64,000 nt of DNA, taken from positions 122,636,001 to 122,700,000 of the forward strand of contig OX597819.1 of the NCBI GenBank assembly GCA_951406725.2, given 5' to 3'. Under the pieces are notes generated by a model that was not told the origin of the DNA, did not search any database, and was given only the letters and a program-made list of their open reading frames with translations. This stretch comes from Octopus vulgaris. Its lineage: Eukaryota. The position numbers were made by a program, and so were the translations under genes. Shown here one piece after another: positions 1-15,775 of this stretch (its first letter is position 1; each line of letters starts with the position of its first letter).

Positions 1-1683
1 TTTGGGATTTGTCATGATTTATGTTAGTAAAGTTAATGCTACGTAACCTAATTATTTCTCTCTCCTTATATAAGAGATGCGGCAGAATCGTTGGAACGCC
101 GGAAAAATTTCCTCGTGCTATTCCTTAAGCATCCGAAACTCATCGGTCAACTTGTCTTACATCCTTCCAGCATCGATGAAATAAATTACAACTCAAGTAT
201 TTTATCGATCCTGGTATCGACTAGCTATCTTCTCTCAAGGATGCTTATTTTGTGTCTAAATTACAAACAATCATTTATGTCTTTTTATAATGAATTTTAA
301 GTGTTTACCTCTGAAGAACAATATTTATGCGGTATATTTGTGTGTGTGTTTGGGGGCTTTCCATTGAACATATGTTAAAAGAAAATATCTCGTATTTTCT
401 CTTTTCGCAAATGTCTAAATATTTCCTGAGTTGGGTTTTCTTAGTTCTGGTTATATTATCTGCTGCTTGTATACTCTGACTCATTCTCATATGGCATTTT
501 CGGTCTTATTTTTTTTACTTGCAGCTCATGTCAGTTCAAATCAGAATATATTTTTAAAGGCTATTCGCTCGCTTTTGAATTATAACACAGAACAAAGGTC
601 CAAAAGGTCGAAATTTTCTACACTGCTCCTCCTCCCACAAATGGTATTTCTCTGCGAATGAGTCGAGGAGGTATTATATTAGCTGTACTTGGAATGCTTC
701 CAGATCAGGGTCATATTCGAAGATTGGAAGCTTGAAGGACATTGTAAGTGGATATGAGGAGATATATATTTGCTTCCTCGACAATTGTATTGAAAGAAGG
801 GTTGTTTTTCCACAAACAGCGTTAAGTTCCTGATTAACTTCGGCACATCTGATTGCTGTGCGTACCGGGCCTTGAAGGATAATGCATATATTGTTTTTAC
901 AGCATAGGTTATTAAATATTGGTGCTAAACATCAGTCACTTTTGAAGGTATTTATTAGTCAGAAAATAGTCGGTTGCGTATCTACGATTGCGACTGTGTT
1001 AGGATATTTTTACAATCTTTCTGGTAACTTTATTGTGGGTGAGTTCTAGTGACTAAACAACTATAGCTAACTTTAACAGTCTTTCTACCGAAATCTTTGA
1101 ATTTGCGTGTATCTGTGCATTGCAGAGTAATGCATGTCTACTAGAATTAAACACTGTCTAATTAAATTAATAACTTCATTCACCCTAAATTCTGGATGAG
1201 CTATGTAATTTTCTTACTTCTGTGGCTACTAGTTCTAGTAGGATCTAGCTCTACATCAGTAATATTCTCATTTAGTACACTACTGTGGTAAGCGAGAAAG
1301 TAGTCGAATATATTAACACCGTCTAAAGATTGAAATATAGTTGTTGGCATCTGCGTAGTTAAGAAGTTCGCTTCGTAACGATTTCGTTTTGTCTTAGAAC
1401 CTACTATATGACACCTAAGACTAAAGTCTTCTATTCACTGTAGAGTCGTCTTGAAGAATACGCTGTAAGTGGAATTTGGCAAACTGAAACTAAGAGGAAG
1501 CGCAACAAAAGCGATGAATTGCTTTAATGAAACAGAGAATGCCAAAGGATTTCAAATGATGTCCCAACGACTGGCGGCGCTAGACAAGAGAAAAAGCGAA
1601 ATGAATGACGGTCATACATTTACACGCACACATATATACAATATATTTATGTATGTATATGTATGCATGTGCGAGTATAAATG

Positions 1684-1743
<60 letters not shown>

Positions 1744-1761
1744 CATATATATGTATGTATG

Positions 1762-1806
<45 letters not shown>

Positions 1807-1809
1807 ATA

Positions 1810-1865
<56 letters not shown>

Positions 1866-2460
1866 TATATGTATGTATGTATGTACGTATGTATGTACGT
1901 ATGTATGTGTGTGTGTACATATATACAAGCACATAGATATGATTGCGTTCCTGTATACAGACACACACACATACATTACCTTTACACCAATAAATCGATC
2001 GCATCTGTTATTAACACACTCTGTCTAAAGAGAAAAGGCTTTTCTCCGTGAAAAAAAAACAGAGGTCAGGTATTGACGTTTGAATTTGCCAAGACAAGTT
2101 AAGAAATAAATATATTTTTGTTTGGATTTTCACTGTTTTGCGTACATCCAATGCTTTATCTGTTTTCTTCCCCTCTCTCTCTTCCCCCTCCCTTTCTTCC
2201 TATATATGGATATACAGCAATAGGATATATAATTTCTAAATTTCGTTTTTCCTTATAGGAATCGAAAAATAATATGTGTGTAAATAGGGTTGCAAATAGA
2301 AGTGGTCAAGTTAAAAAAAAAACAAGGCAAAAGACAAACTCTGTGTTTAAAAAATAAATATCAGAATCGGGTAAACAACTTCATATCATCTCCATATATT
2401 CACACCGTTGAACATAAATAAATACATATTAAAATACCAGGGCGATACCGGAAGGTATAA

Positions 2461-2525
<65 letters not shown>

Positions 2526-2867
2526 AACACATGTGAAAAACCTCTAAAGAATGATGGATATGAAAGCGTATGAAGAAAAAAATGAAGAGAATATGAATGT
2601 ATATATAGAAAGGTGACTAACAATATAAAAAAAAGATAGTTAAACAATTAATGGTAAAAGGAATCCAGAATAATGTCCATCGTAAAGTGCAAGAAAGAAT
2701 TCAAGTCTACGGCCGTTTCAGGAACCACTGCTACAATCACTAACACATTGAAACACCGAACCGGCAATGGTGCCTTTACCAGAAAAAACATATCTTCACC
2801 AAAGAGGTTTCACATTCTGGTAACCCGTCCTTTTACCTTTAATAGTTTAACTATTTTTTCCCTATTT

Positions 2868-3056
2868 CCTCTTTTACTTGTTTCAGTCATTTGACTGCGG
2901 CCATGCTTCAGCACCGATTTAGTCGAACAAATCGATCTCAAGACTTATTCTTTAGAAGCCTATAACTTATTCTATCTGTCGCTTTGGCCGAACCGCTAAG
3001 TAACACACCACCATCGGTTGTCAAGCGATGTTGGGAGGACAAACACAGACACACAA

Positions 3057-3124
<68 letters not shown>

Positions 3125-3275
3125 GCATATATACGACACGCTTCTTTAAGTTCCCATCTACAAAATCCACTCACAAGGCTTTGGTCGGCCCGAGGCTGAA
3201 GTAGAAGACACTTGCCCAAGGTGCCACGCAGTGGGAATGAACACAGAACCATGTGGTTGGTAAGCAAGCTACTTA
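2868..3275 (-). mobile_element. tRNA-derived SINE family A (CORE-like), internal (CA)n/(AT)n
   Basis: Reverse complement of the 8561-8948 copy, including cacttgcccaag, accatgtggttggtaagcaagctac and tail gtttcagtcatttgactgcggccatgct. Confidence 0.85.
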
Positions 3276-3658
3276 TATGTACTTACGTGCTTATATGTGT
3301 ATATATGTATATTCATATACTTTCTGGTTTTGTGCGCTGAACGCCCTGGCATTTTAATATATATTTATTTAGGTTCAATGGTGTGAATATATGGGGATGA
3401 TATAAAGTTGTCTGCCCAATTCTGATGCTTATTTTTTACACAATCAGTATACAGATGGTGGTTGTCTTCTCCTTATGCAGAGTTTGGCCACCTCTTTACC
3501 TACACCTTACAATCATCATGGCATCTGATGTGGCTTTTTAAACCAGATAATATTTTGAAAAGACACCCACATAGATTGCCTATCCGATTTGTACAACACA
3601 GAGCTGCAGTTAAGTTCTAATCTTTGTGGATCTTAAAATATCTTTTGAGTCCTCCGTT

Positions 3659-3696
<38 letters not shown>

Positions 3697-3769
3697 AATA
3701 ATATATAAATATATGCATATATACATACATGTATGTACATACATATATATGTATATATACATTCATATA

Positions 3770-4070
3770 TGGGTGCAGGGCATAAAAAAACGTTGAACAC
3801 AATGAAAAACAAAAACATAAAAACAAAAACAGAAAGGAACTTTTTTTCGAATAAAGAAAAAAACAGAGAAACGAGACATGCGACATAAAGAATATTCCCC
3901 TTCTTCAGTTGTTCCTGTTTTATCTACTCTGCGTTTGAGGGCAAGGACAATACGCAACTTCGTTGAAAAGTCCTTCCCGCAAAGCAAATTAAATAAAATT
4001 TGAGAATTTTTGTGGAGGGTGAAAGTGGTAAAAAGAACAGGACAATGAGAACAAAACACTAAAAACAAAC
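3770..4070 (-). mobile_element. Short (AT)n-associated non-coding element, probably Penelope-like non-autonomous
   Basis: Homologous to 6548-6745 in opposite orientation and related to 49620-49790. Carries CTGAAGA on the minus strand and abuts an AT-rich microsatellite. Confidence 0.6.
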
Positions 4071-4260
4071 GTTACCGTTAAATAAATGTAAATTGCTATG
4101 AAGATAACCGTTATCAAGATAAAGAAAAGAACTGTGAGAATGACCGTTAATTTCCCTTTATTTAACGGTTATTCTCATAGCTCTTTTGTTTGTCTTAATA
4201 ACGGTCATCTCCATAGTAATTTCCATTTATTTAACGGCCATTTTCAAAGCATTTTTGCTT

Positions 4261-4331
4261 GTCTTAATAGCTGACGAGATGCCGGAGCAGAATTCCGCCC
4301 CGACATCCGAAACTCTGAGTTTTATTATGGC
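4261..4331 (+). ncRNA. Type I hammerhead ribozyme motif
   Basis: Stem I gtcttaatag/ttattatggc; CTGACGA 4271-4277; stem II gatgccgg/ccgacatc; GAAA 4309-4312; near-palindromic stem III ACTC-t-GAGT; GUU triplet. Confidence 0.8.
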
Positions 4332-5563
4332 AACCAACTCATTGTCACATATTACACTATAGATAAATTCCTCTTCATAATATTGTATGTATGTATGTAT
4401 GTATGTATGTATGTATGTATGTATGTATGTATGTATGTATGTATGTATGTATGCTTGTGTGTTTGTGTGTGTATTTACAAAAAGCGGAGTGACAGTCACT
4501 TCGAAGTTTCGGCCTGCTGCCCTTCATGGAATTGTTCGAAGAAACTTCAAAATCCCTATCGTCAACCTGTAAATAAAAGTACGTAAAAATTACCGAGTAA
4601 TTGTTTAGTGTTTAGGGTTTGTATTCGGTTATGACTCAACATAAAACAAACATTAGTATCTTTACATAAATAACTGTATTTTTGAGGGGATAACATTCAG
4701 CGTGCAATCTGTTAAATGAAGAAATGAGAACGATTTACAGTTGCTGGTTTCAAATTTGGGTGTCAGACCAGCAATTTCGGAAGAGGAGGTAAGTCCATTA
4801 CAATAACCCCCAGCACTCAACCGTTACTTATTTTACTCACTCCGAAGTAATCTCGCCGGAATTCGTACTCTGAACGTAAATACGGACGAATTGTCGTTAA
4901 GAATTTTGTCCGGCTGTTAATAATTCTACCAGCTCACCGCCTTATGGTTTACAGTAATTAATACCAGTAATTATCCATGGTATGTTCTAGAACCCACGCC
5001 GTATTAATTCAATATAGGTTCTATGAATACGTGTAATTGCAACTTTACTCGTGTCTATCATACTGCTTTGTCTACGTTAGTCCAAGTCATTCTCATCACA
5101 TGATTATAGCGCAGTGTTATCGTTTTATTGTTAATGAGGCAATCCAATCCAGTTTAAAGCTGTAAATGGGAAAACGAAAATCGTAAATACTGTGAAAGAA
5201 AAGACATGCCAATTAATTCCAAAGCTCTATTTATGCGTACAAGACTCATGTAGAAACTTAATTTGGCTTTAAATTACAATTATATGGTAAATCTAAAACA
5301 TTTCCAACATAACGTTCATTAAAATTCTGAGAAATCATTGTTTATCATCGTCGTATCAACAAGATTAGCAGGAAGCTTTTGTACAATCTTAGATCTCTGA
5401 AGTACTAAATCACACGTGTCTTGAATCCGAAGTACCATTCAGTTCTTGCTTCAAAATTCTTTCACTCCTTTTGCACATAAACTCGGTTAATTCCACTAGT
5501 TACCTATTTTCTATATTGATTATTTCACGATTACCCCTTTGACAATTGTGGGTATGCACAAGG

Positions 5564-6345
5564 CTCAAGAGGACATTTCCTCTAGCTGGTTAACGATGCA
5601 CAGTTGCATCTGATAAAATTGCGAGAAGGGGAGCGAACTCCCACCATTTCCTAGCGACGGAACCAGTAGAGCAGTACTGGTTTCGGGCTATTTCTGCTAC
5701 TCCTCAGGACTGGACACTTCGTCTGCGAGAGATGATAGCAGCTCACTTCTGCACGCCTTCATCTCTAACAGACGCTACCATCTCTACAGACGAGGTGTCC
5801 AGTACTGAAAAGTGGCAGAAATAGCACCAAACTAGGCGAGCTGCCAGAAACGTTAGTACGCCGGGCGAAATGCTTAGCGGTATTTCGTCTGCCGTTACGT
5901 TCTGAGTTCAAATTCCGCCGAGGTCGACTTTGCCTTTCATCCTTTCGGGGTCGATTGAATAAGTACCAGTTACGCACTGGGGTCGATTTAATCGACTTAA
6001 TCCGTTTGTCTGTCCTTGTTTGTCCTCTCTGTGTTTAGCCTCTTGTGGGTGGTAAAGAGATAGGTATTTCGTCTGCCGTTACGTTCTGAGTTCAAATTCC
6101 ACCGAAGTTGACTTTGCCTTTCATCGTTTTTGGAATCGATGAATTAAGTACCAGTTACGCACTTTGTTCGTCTCCTCTATGTTAAACCACTTGTGGGCAA
6201 TAAATAGAATAAGAAACAGCACCAAACCAGGACTGGTCTACCGGTCCCGTCGCCAGAAGATGGTAGGAGTTCACTCCCCTGCTTGCAGCAATTTATCGGA
6301 TGCAGCTGTGCATCGTTAACCAGCTAATGGAGATGTCCTCTTGGG
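5564..6345. mobile_element. Foldback/palindromic MITE interrupted by a SINE
   Basis: 5564-5740 is the imperfect reverse complement of 5773-5834 plus 6230-6345 (e.g. agctggttaacgatgcacag / ctgtgcatcgttaaccagct). Confidence 0.8.
5835..6213 (+). mobile_element. SINE family B (MetaSINE-like domain), dimeric
   Basis: Head ggcgagctg..; B-box-like gagttcaaatt; gcctttcatcctttcggggtcgat..aagtaccag; body repeats from about 6064; ~17-bp TSD gaaatagcaccaaacta / gaaacagcaccaaacca. Confidence 0.85.
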
Positions 6346-6462
6346 ATTAAAAGATCGCTGTGGAGTCCACTCAAACGGACATCAATATTAAAGCGGCTAC
6401 GAATACTACTTTTCAGTACAGCCACTGCGTTAATCTCAGAGAGATTTTAGAACTAGCATCCT

Positions 6463-6547
<85 letters not shown>

Positions 6548-6550
<3 letters not shown>

Positions 6551-6745
6551 CCTTGCCTTCGTAACGTGGGATTGATGAAACAGGGACAGCTGAAGAAGGG
6601 GAATATTCTTTATGTTGTATGCCTCGTTTCTATGTTTTTGTTTTTATGTTTTCGTTTCTCACTGTGTTCAACGTGTTTGTGATGTCCTGTACCCATATAT
6701 GCATGTATATATACATGCAAATATTAATATACTATCTATATTATT
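6548..6745 (+). mobile_element. Short (AT)n-flanked element, same family as 3770-4070
   Basis: tgtccttgcc..cagggacagCTGAAGAaggggaatattctttatg; lies between (AT)n tracts. Confidence 0.6.
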
Positions 6746-6781
6746 ATATGATCGGACCCCCTGCACTCTTTTCCAAGTAAG

Positions 6782-6841
<60 letters not shown>

Positions 6842-6897
6842 GTATATATATATACATATATACATATATACATATATACATATATATACATATATAT

Positions 6898-6930
<33 letters not shown>

Positions 6931-7032
6931 TATATATATACATATATATATACACATATATATATATATGTATATAACCATACATGCATCCAACCATCCA
7001 TCATACATACACATATATATATACATACATTC

Positions 7033-7520
<488 letters not shown>

Positions 7521-7903
7521 TTATGTATTGTCTTCAATGAAGTCTCTTTGATATATTTCTCCACGCGCTCTGTCATAATTTTCTCTGAAAAATTAAATTC
7601 TGCAGTTATTTTTCTTCTCAACAACAACATTTGAGCTGAATGTTATAGAACGTTTCCAGGGGGCATGTTCTTGAAGAATGACATTTCATATTAAAAACAA
7701 AAATATTAGCTCTGTAGAAATGTTTCTGAGGCCTACTTTAATTTTTTAAATGACATTTAACCGCAAGATTTGCTGTTTGCCGCGGCAAAAATTCTCTTTA
7801 GACCTTAGGCTATTTCAGAGTACTCTCTATGGACCAATGAATGCATTTCAAACTATTTAGCTATCATGTGCACTGGACACCAAGAGAAAGAGAGAGAGAG
7901 AGA

Positions 7904-7976
<73 letters not shown>

Positions 7977-8390
7977 CCTGAAGTAACTTTGGAAGTAATA
8001 TCCTTCTGATAGAAAACCGGTTGAAGCCAACTGCAAACGGTGTGACGCCGTCAACTCGAAAAATTATGCAGTAGGCACACGAAGCACGGGTCAAATATGC
8101 CTCAAACCTATTTGAACTTATCTAAAATTTTAATTCACAATACTGCTTCGCCTGCTGACTAAACAAAACTGTATTACTATATTCCGCAAATCTTATATAG
8201 CGACTAACTACAGCCGTTGAATAATTTACAATTGTGACCGAACTTTATCCTGATATTCATACAGCCATTTTGATTGTCGTAGCCGACAGAAATAGCAGAC
8301 GATATGAAATACTTGTAAATGCGACATCATTGTATTGAAAGGTATTGCCTTTCATCATTTACTAGTTACACAGATTCGCATCTGTGTTTA

Positions 8391-9004
8391 TGAGAGGGCG
8401 CTGAAAAGTTTCTGGATTTATGGGTATCGCAAAAGGCCTGGATGGAGACCCAGGCTTCCCAGTTCATTTACAGGGCCTAGAAACACCGAAGGACCGCTGT
8501 AATAAGTAAATAAGTGAATCTGTGAGGGGAATACGTTGAATAAAACATAATTAACATATAGGCACAGGAGTGGTTGTGTGGTAAGTAGCTTGCTAACCAA
8601 CCACATGGTTCCGGGTTCAGTCCCACTGCGTGGCATCTTGGGCAAGTGTCTTCAGCTATAGCCCCGGGCCGACCAATGCCTTGTGAGTGGATTTGGTAGA
8701 CGGAAACTGAAAGAAGCCCGTCGTATATATATATATGTTATGTGTCTGTGTTTGTCTCCCAGCATTGCTTGACAACCGATGCTGGTGTGTTTACGTCCCC
8801 GTAACTTAGCGGTTCGGCAAAAGAGACCGAGAGAATAAGTACTGGGCTTACAAAGAATAAGTCCCGGGGTCGATTTGCTCGTCTAAAGGCGGTGCTCCAG
8901 CATGGGCGCAGTCAAATGACTGAAACAAGTACAAGAGTAAAAGAGTAACAGATCTACCTATATTTTATTTTACTCAAAACCTGGAACTTTTCAGCACGCC
9001 CTCG
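8391..9004. mobile_element. Mariner-type MITE split by a SINE A insertion
   Basis: TIRs tgagagggcgctgaaaagtttctgg / cctggaacttttcagcacgccctcg with TA on each side; same family as 56630-56844. Confidence 0.8.
8561..8948 (+). mobile_element. tRNA-derived SINE family A, full length
   Basis: A-box-like tggttgtgtggtaag, B-box-like gggttcagtccc, CORE-like ttgggcaagtgtctt, internal (AT)n, tail gtaaaagagtaa. Confidence 0.9.
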
Positions 9005-9685
9005 TACATCTACAAGCTATTGGAAGATGAAATGCATTCTGGTGAACACTGACCATTAAAGATATAATAATTACTGAGGTACAATAGCAATCTTTTACTA
9101 GTTGTAGCCATTGTAATGTGGCCTTGCTGGAAGACAACCGTGAAAATCGGAGAAATCGATAATACACACACATATATATGTATACTTGCATGCATGCATC
9201 CATCCATGTATCCATCCATGCATCCATCCATGCATCCATCCATCCATCCATCCATCCATCCATCCATCCATCCATCCATACATACATACATACAGACAGA
9301 CAAACAGACAAAAATATCGTGTTGTTGATGTTGAAATTCCAGTGAAGGAAAGTTGGATCTATTGGAAAGAAATCTTGAAATAAATTGAATAATTACATAC
9401 GTACATACATACATACATACATACATACATAATACATTCAAAAGATAGTGCTCATGGGAACTGCTCAAATCCTACGCAAAATACTTTCTATGTAACCTCA
9501 AGTTTTAAAACAAACATAACTTTCGTTTTTTTTTTAGGCATTCACTAGTACAACACTAAATACAAAACCAAATATATGGCACACTAGGCATAACAACAAT
9601 ACGAACTTCCAGCCTGTTGCCTCTTGAAGTCTCTGGGTGAGACTTTGAGCCAACTTGTACAAATATAAAGCAAAAGTCAAACATA

Positions 9686-9753
<68 letters not shown>

Positions 9754-9773
9754 TAACAATAATAATAATGATG

Positions 9774-9843
<70 letters not shown>

Positions 9844-9895
9844 CAACATCGAAAAATACCTTAGGAATGAGAACCCAGGTTCGAAATTTCCCTAA

Positions 9896-9941
9896 GACAC
9901 CTGATGAAGGCTGGAGGGTATATCAGCCGATACGTTGTGTT
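9896..9941 (+). ncRNA. Minimal hammerhead ribozyme motif (GAAA mutated to GATA)
   Basis: gacac CTGATGA a ggctg-gagggtatat-cagcc GATAC GTT gtgtt; follows an (AAT)n tract. Confidence 0.7.
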
Positions 9942-10105
9942 AACAACAAACAAGATGACGATAAATATCGGTCGAATGTAAATAATGTAAATAATATACA
10001 GTCCATAGTTTTTTATGATTCTTCATTTAATTGGAGAACCCATAACAGTTTCAGCAAGTGTTATGTTGATCACGACACATCTTAAACTTCCTTATTAAAC
10101 CTCAC

Positions 10106-10330
10106 TTGGTGAAGGCGTGTGGTCTAGAGGTTAGAGTGTTGCATTCACGAACTTACGACTGTAGTTTCGATTCCCGGACCGAGTGGTGCGTTGTGTTCTT
10201 GTGTAAAACATTTCATTTCCCGTTGTTGCCCTTCACTCAGCTGCTAATGAGTAACCCGGCGACTGACTTTTGTCCTTTTTACGGGAAATGTTGTGATCAC
10301 GATCACTTAAGGCCATGGAACAAAGTAACA
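10106..10330 (+). mobile_element. Diverged tRNA-derived SINE family C
   Basis: ggcgtgtggtctagaggttag..ttcgattcccggaccg..gcgttgtgttcttg; homologous to 33970-34460. Confidence 0.7.
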
Positions 10331-10394
10331 GGCCCTGTGAGTCCAAGGACTCGAGATAGTAATGTCTAAGTTTGATGACGATGACGATGATCAC

Positions 10395-10439
<45 letters not shown>

Positions 10440-10705
10440 CATGATGATAAAACTGTGCCTGTAAATTCCAATTATCTGGTAATAAGCATTTAAGCGCCAA
10501 GGTCCTCAATTGTGTATTTCCGGATTATTGGAATAGTGACCTCTACATTTTCAATGTTGAATCTAACACCAAAGGTGCATATTGATAAAAATATATTCTC
10601 TTACGCCCACAAGCGCAGCCTACACACGAACTAACAAAACACATGACTTGTGTATGTGTGTTCGATATTATAGATATATATATAATGTATACTAGTCCTG
10701 TTGGC

Positions 10706-10749
<44 letters not shown>

Positions 10750-10927
10750 CATTTATGTATATAACTACGTCCTTAATAATGAAGCACTTGGCCGGCGTCT
10801 CCATTGAATGTGATTTCGAATCCAATGGATATTTGCTGACAAATTTTTCCGCTTTGTAAGGGTAATTTAGCCATATTTCTACTGTTCTAACGGCGTTTCT
10901 GCGTTCGAAAAGTTATCATCTTACAAC

Positions 10928-11011
<84 letters not shown>

Positions 11012-11019
11012 TTATACAT

Positions 11020-11279
11020 AAAGAAACAAGAACGTGAAATACACAAAGGGACGAACACAGAAAACAGACGGGTCTTTCGAACCCTTTAATCTTCAGTCAG
11101 AAACCGGATCATCATAGCAAATTTCGGCTGATTAATTCTGATATTTGCTCCAACGCGGCCAGCCCCAAGGAAAAACTAAGCTGTGAGCATTAGATTCCTT
11201 GGAAAAAGGAACGAATGTAAACGCAACAGAGACGAATATAAATACAAAAAAACGAAAACAAAAATAAAAACAAGAATGG

Positions 11280-11280
<1 letters not shown>
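11020..11280 (-). mobile_element. (AT)n-flanked short element, family shared with 43147-43312
   Basis: Shared gacgggtc..aatcttcagtca..aaccggatcatc..atttcggctg; (AT)n on both sides. Confidence 0.7.
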
Positions 11281-11320
<40 letters not shown>

Positions 11321-11339
11321 CATACATACATACATACAG

Positions 11340-12310
<971 letters not shown>

Positions 12311-12714
12311 CGAAATGGCCTACGTTACCCGACGAAAACAGTTAAGTGTGGCAAAAAGCTTGCTTCCCAATCACATGATTGCAGGTTCAGTCCCACTGCT
12401 TAGTACCTTATTCAAGTGACTTCTATAGCCTCGGGCCGAGTGTAAAACCTTGTGACTGGATTTGCTAGACGTAAATTGAAGGAAACCCGTCGTGTTAATG
12501 TATACACACACACACATAATGGTATATGCGTGTATATGTGTGTAGTTATGTCTGTGTCTGTCTGCCACCACTGCTTGACAAAACAGTGTTGGTTTGTTTA
12601 CATCCTCGCAACTTAGCGGGGGACGTAGACAATACAAGCCCGACAGAATAAATACCAAGCTTCAAAAAAAAAAAACAAAAACAAAAAAACAAACATACAA
12701 AGAAACAAACAATA

Positions 12715-12887
12715 GGCGCAGGAGTGGCTTTGTGGTAAGTAGCTTGCTTACCAACCACATTGTCCCGGGTTCAGTCCCACTGCGTGGCATCTTGGGCAAG
12801 TGTCTTCTGCTATAGCCTCGGGCTGACCAAAGCCTTGTGAGTGGATTTGGTTGACGGAAACTGAAAGAAGCCCGTCGAATATATGTA

Positions 12888-12962
<75 letters not shown>

Positions 12963-13170
12963 TTGTGTGTCTGTGTTTGTCCCGATCGCATTGCTTGACA
13001 ACCGATGCTGGTGTGTTTACGTCACCGTCACTTAGCGGTTCGGCAAAAGAGAACGATGGAATAAGCACTGGGCTTACAAAAAATAAATCCCGGGGTCGAT
13101 ATGCTCGACTAAAGGCGGTGCTCCAGCATGACCGCAGTCAAATGACTGAAACAAGTAAAAGAGAAAGAGA
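12715..13170 (+). mobile_element. tRNA-derived SINE family A, full length
   Basis: Near-identical to 8561-8948; preceded by an older diverged copy at about 12340-12665. Confidence 0.9.
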
Positions 13171-13882
13171 AAGACAAAGAGAAAATAAAAAAGCATAGTG
13201 GGGTCGATTCCTTCGACTGAAAATCCTTTAAAGGCGGTGCTCCAGCATGGTCGCAGTCTAATGACTGAAGCAAGCAATATATAAAGGACAGCCATCAATG
13301 CGTCCGTTACACGTGTGAAGATACTCCAATGCGCAGGTGTGTGTTTACGAGCGAGCATCTAAATAAATTTCTCTACGAGTTGTATGTCACATTAAAGCTT
13401 TCCGTCAACATTTAATGATCGTGTACTTTGGTATATGTGTCATCGTGTGGGTGGGTGGGTGGGTGCTCCAATGATTTATCAAACAACCGGATTGTCACTA
13501 GTAACCGTATGTGTATCAGCCATTTAGTATTTACGATTCTTTCAAAGTGTGACTGACACAGAGTAACACAGTCACACGTTAACACTGCGTTTTTCGTTTT
13601 TTTCTATGCTAACGTCACGGTGAAGGTATGTGATACTTCAGACTTCTCTAAGCATGTCATTTTTTGTAGAGTTCGATATAAGCTACGATTGTGTATATGT
13701 ATGTACATATCTACGTGTAAATATGAGTGTGTGTTTGTATGTATGCGTGTCTATGTATACATAAATAACACTACAGAACTTTATGTGCCACTATGCGCAT
13801 ACACCCACACATACACGCGCACAGAGGAAGAGAAAGAGAGAAATTGAGATAGACAGATAGACATTTGTGGAGTTATATATAG

Positions 13883-13923
<41 letters not shown>

Positions 13924-13942
13924 TAGATAGATATATAGATAT

Positions 13943-13981
<39 letters not shown>

Positions 13982-14005
13982 TACACATACTCTCTCTCTC
14001 TCTCT

Positions 14006-14094
<89 letters not shown>

Positions 14095-14098
14095 CTAT

Positions 14099-14242
<144 letters not shown>

Positions 14243-15222
14243 CGGTTCGGCAAAAGAGACCGATAGAATAAGTACTAGGCTTACAAAGAATAAGTCCTGG
14301 GGTCGATTTGATCGACTAAAGGCGGTGCTCCAGCATGGCCGCAGTCAAATGACTGAAACAAGTAAAAGAGTAAAAGAGTAAAGAGTATATATATATATAT
14401 ATATATATAGCTATGATTGTGTATATGTATGTACATATGTATATGTATGAATGTATAGATATATGTAATGTATGCATATATAAATACATATATGCATGTA
14501 TATGTATGTATATGTGTGTATATGTGTGTGTAGGTGTGTGTATTACAGAGGTGAAGAGACACGTCCATGGAAGCTGTATCTGGACACTTCAAAAACTCCA
14601 AGAAGGCCTGACAGTGAGCAAATATTCATTCACATCAGTATTATAAATTAAATATTTATATACATATGCGTATACACACATGAATACATCAATACACACA
14701 TACATATATGTACATATACACACATACGTAAACGTGTGTGCGTGCGTGTGTTTCCGTGCGTGTGTGTCCGTGCGTGTACGCGTGCGGTTATGTGATATTG
14801 CGTGCCATGTAAATAAATACATAAACACACACATATATATATATATATATATATCTATAGATACATACATAGTTCAGCGAGGATATATGTATGTGTGTGC
14901 GCGCATGGAAATTCGGATCTGTCAGCATCCGTCGCTTCTTTACTCATCAGCTTAGCTGCTTCACCAACTACAATCGCGTTGGAACTTCTTGTATCGGAAT
15001 ACCGGCAAAATAGCCGACTGGCACCGCGGAACAAGGAAGCTTGACAAGAAGACAAACTAGCTTCGGAGGTGATTATAATTCAACTTAACCTAATTCTACT
15101 TCTCGCATTTCAATCGTTTATTACATAATGTTTATTAGTTCGAGTCATTTATCATATGAATATTTACACTCTTATTATAATTACATTGCTGTAAGGTGTA
15201 TGCCTAATTTTTTTCTTATCTG

Positions 15223-15295
<73 letters not shown>

Positions 15296-15318
15296 CTATC
15301 TGTCTATCTATCTGTCTA

Positions 15319-15401
<83 letters not shown>

Positions 15402-15532
15402 ATCTATCTATCTGTCTGTCTATCTCATTTTCTCTCTTTCTCTCTTCCTCTGTGTGTGTGGGGGGGGGGGGCGCATAGTGGCACATAAAGTTCTGTACTG
15501 TTATTTATGTATATCTGCGCATACATACACAC

Positions 15533-15585
<53 letters not shown>

Positions 15586-15595
15586 AACTCCCTCC

Positions 15596-15672
<77 letters not shown>

Positions 15673-15775
15673 GGAGTAAACACATAAATGTGAAACAAGG
15701 TGGAAAAAAGAGTACTCAAATACCAGTGGTAGAGTAATATGCTTTATTTAAAGCAGCAGAAAATTCAACAAAACC

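Noticed and set aside
300-1330. Non-repetitive stretch possibly derived from a retroelement ORF
   Set aside because: No diagnostic protein motif could be read; left unassigned.
2700-2735. GAAACGGCCGTA on the minus strand (similar GAAACGGTCGTA near 62272)
   Set aside because: Looks like a hammerhead 3' half, but no matching CUGAnGA and stem II were found, so it was not called.
8561-8635. tRNA-like sequences at SINE heads
   Set aside because: They have A/B boxes but no complete cloverleaf and always continue into SINE bodies.
14900-15070. GC-richer stretch that might be an exon, with CTGATGA on the minus strand
   Set aside because: Plus frames close quickly, no recognisable domain or splice pattern, and no coherent hammerhead fold.
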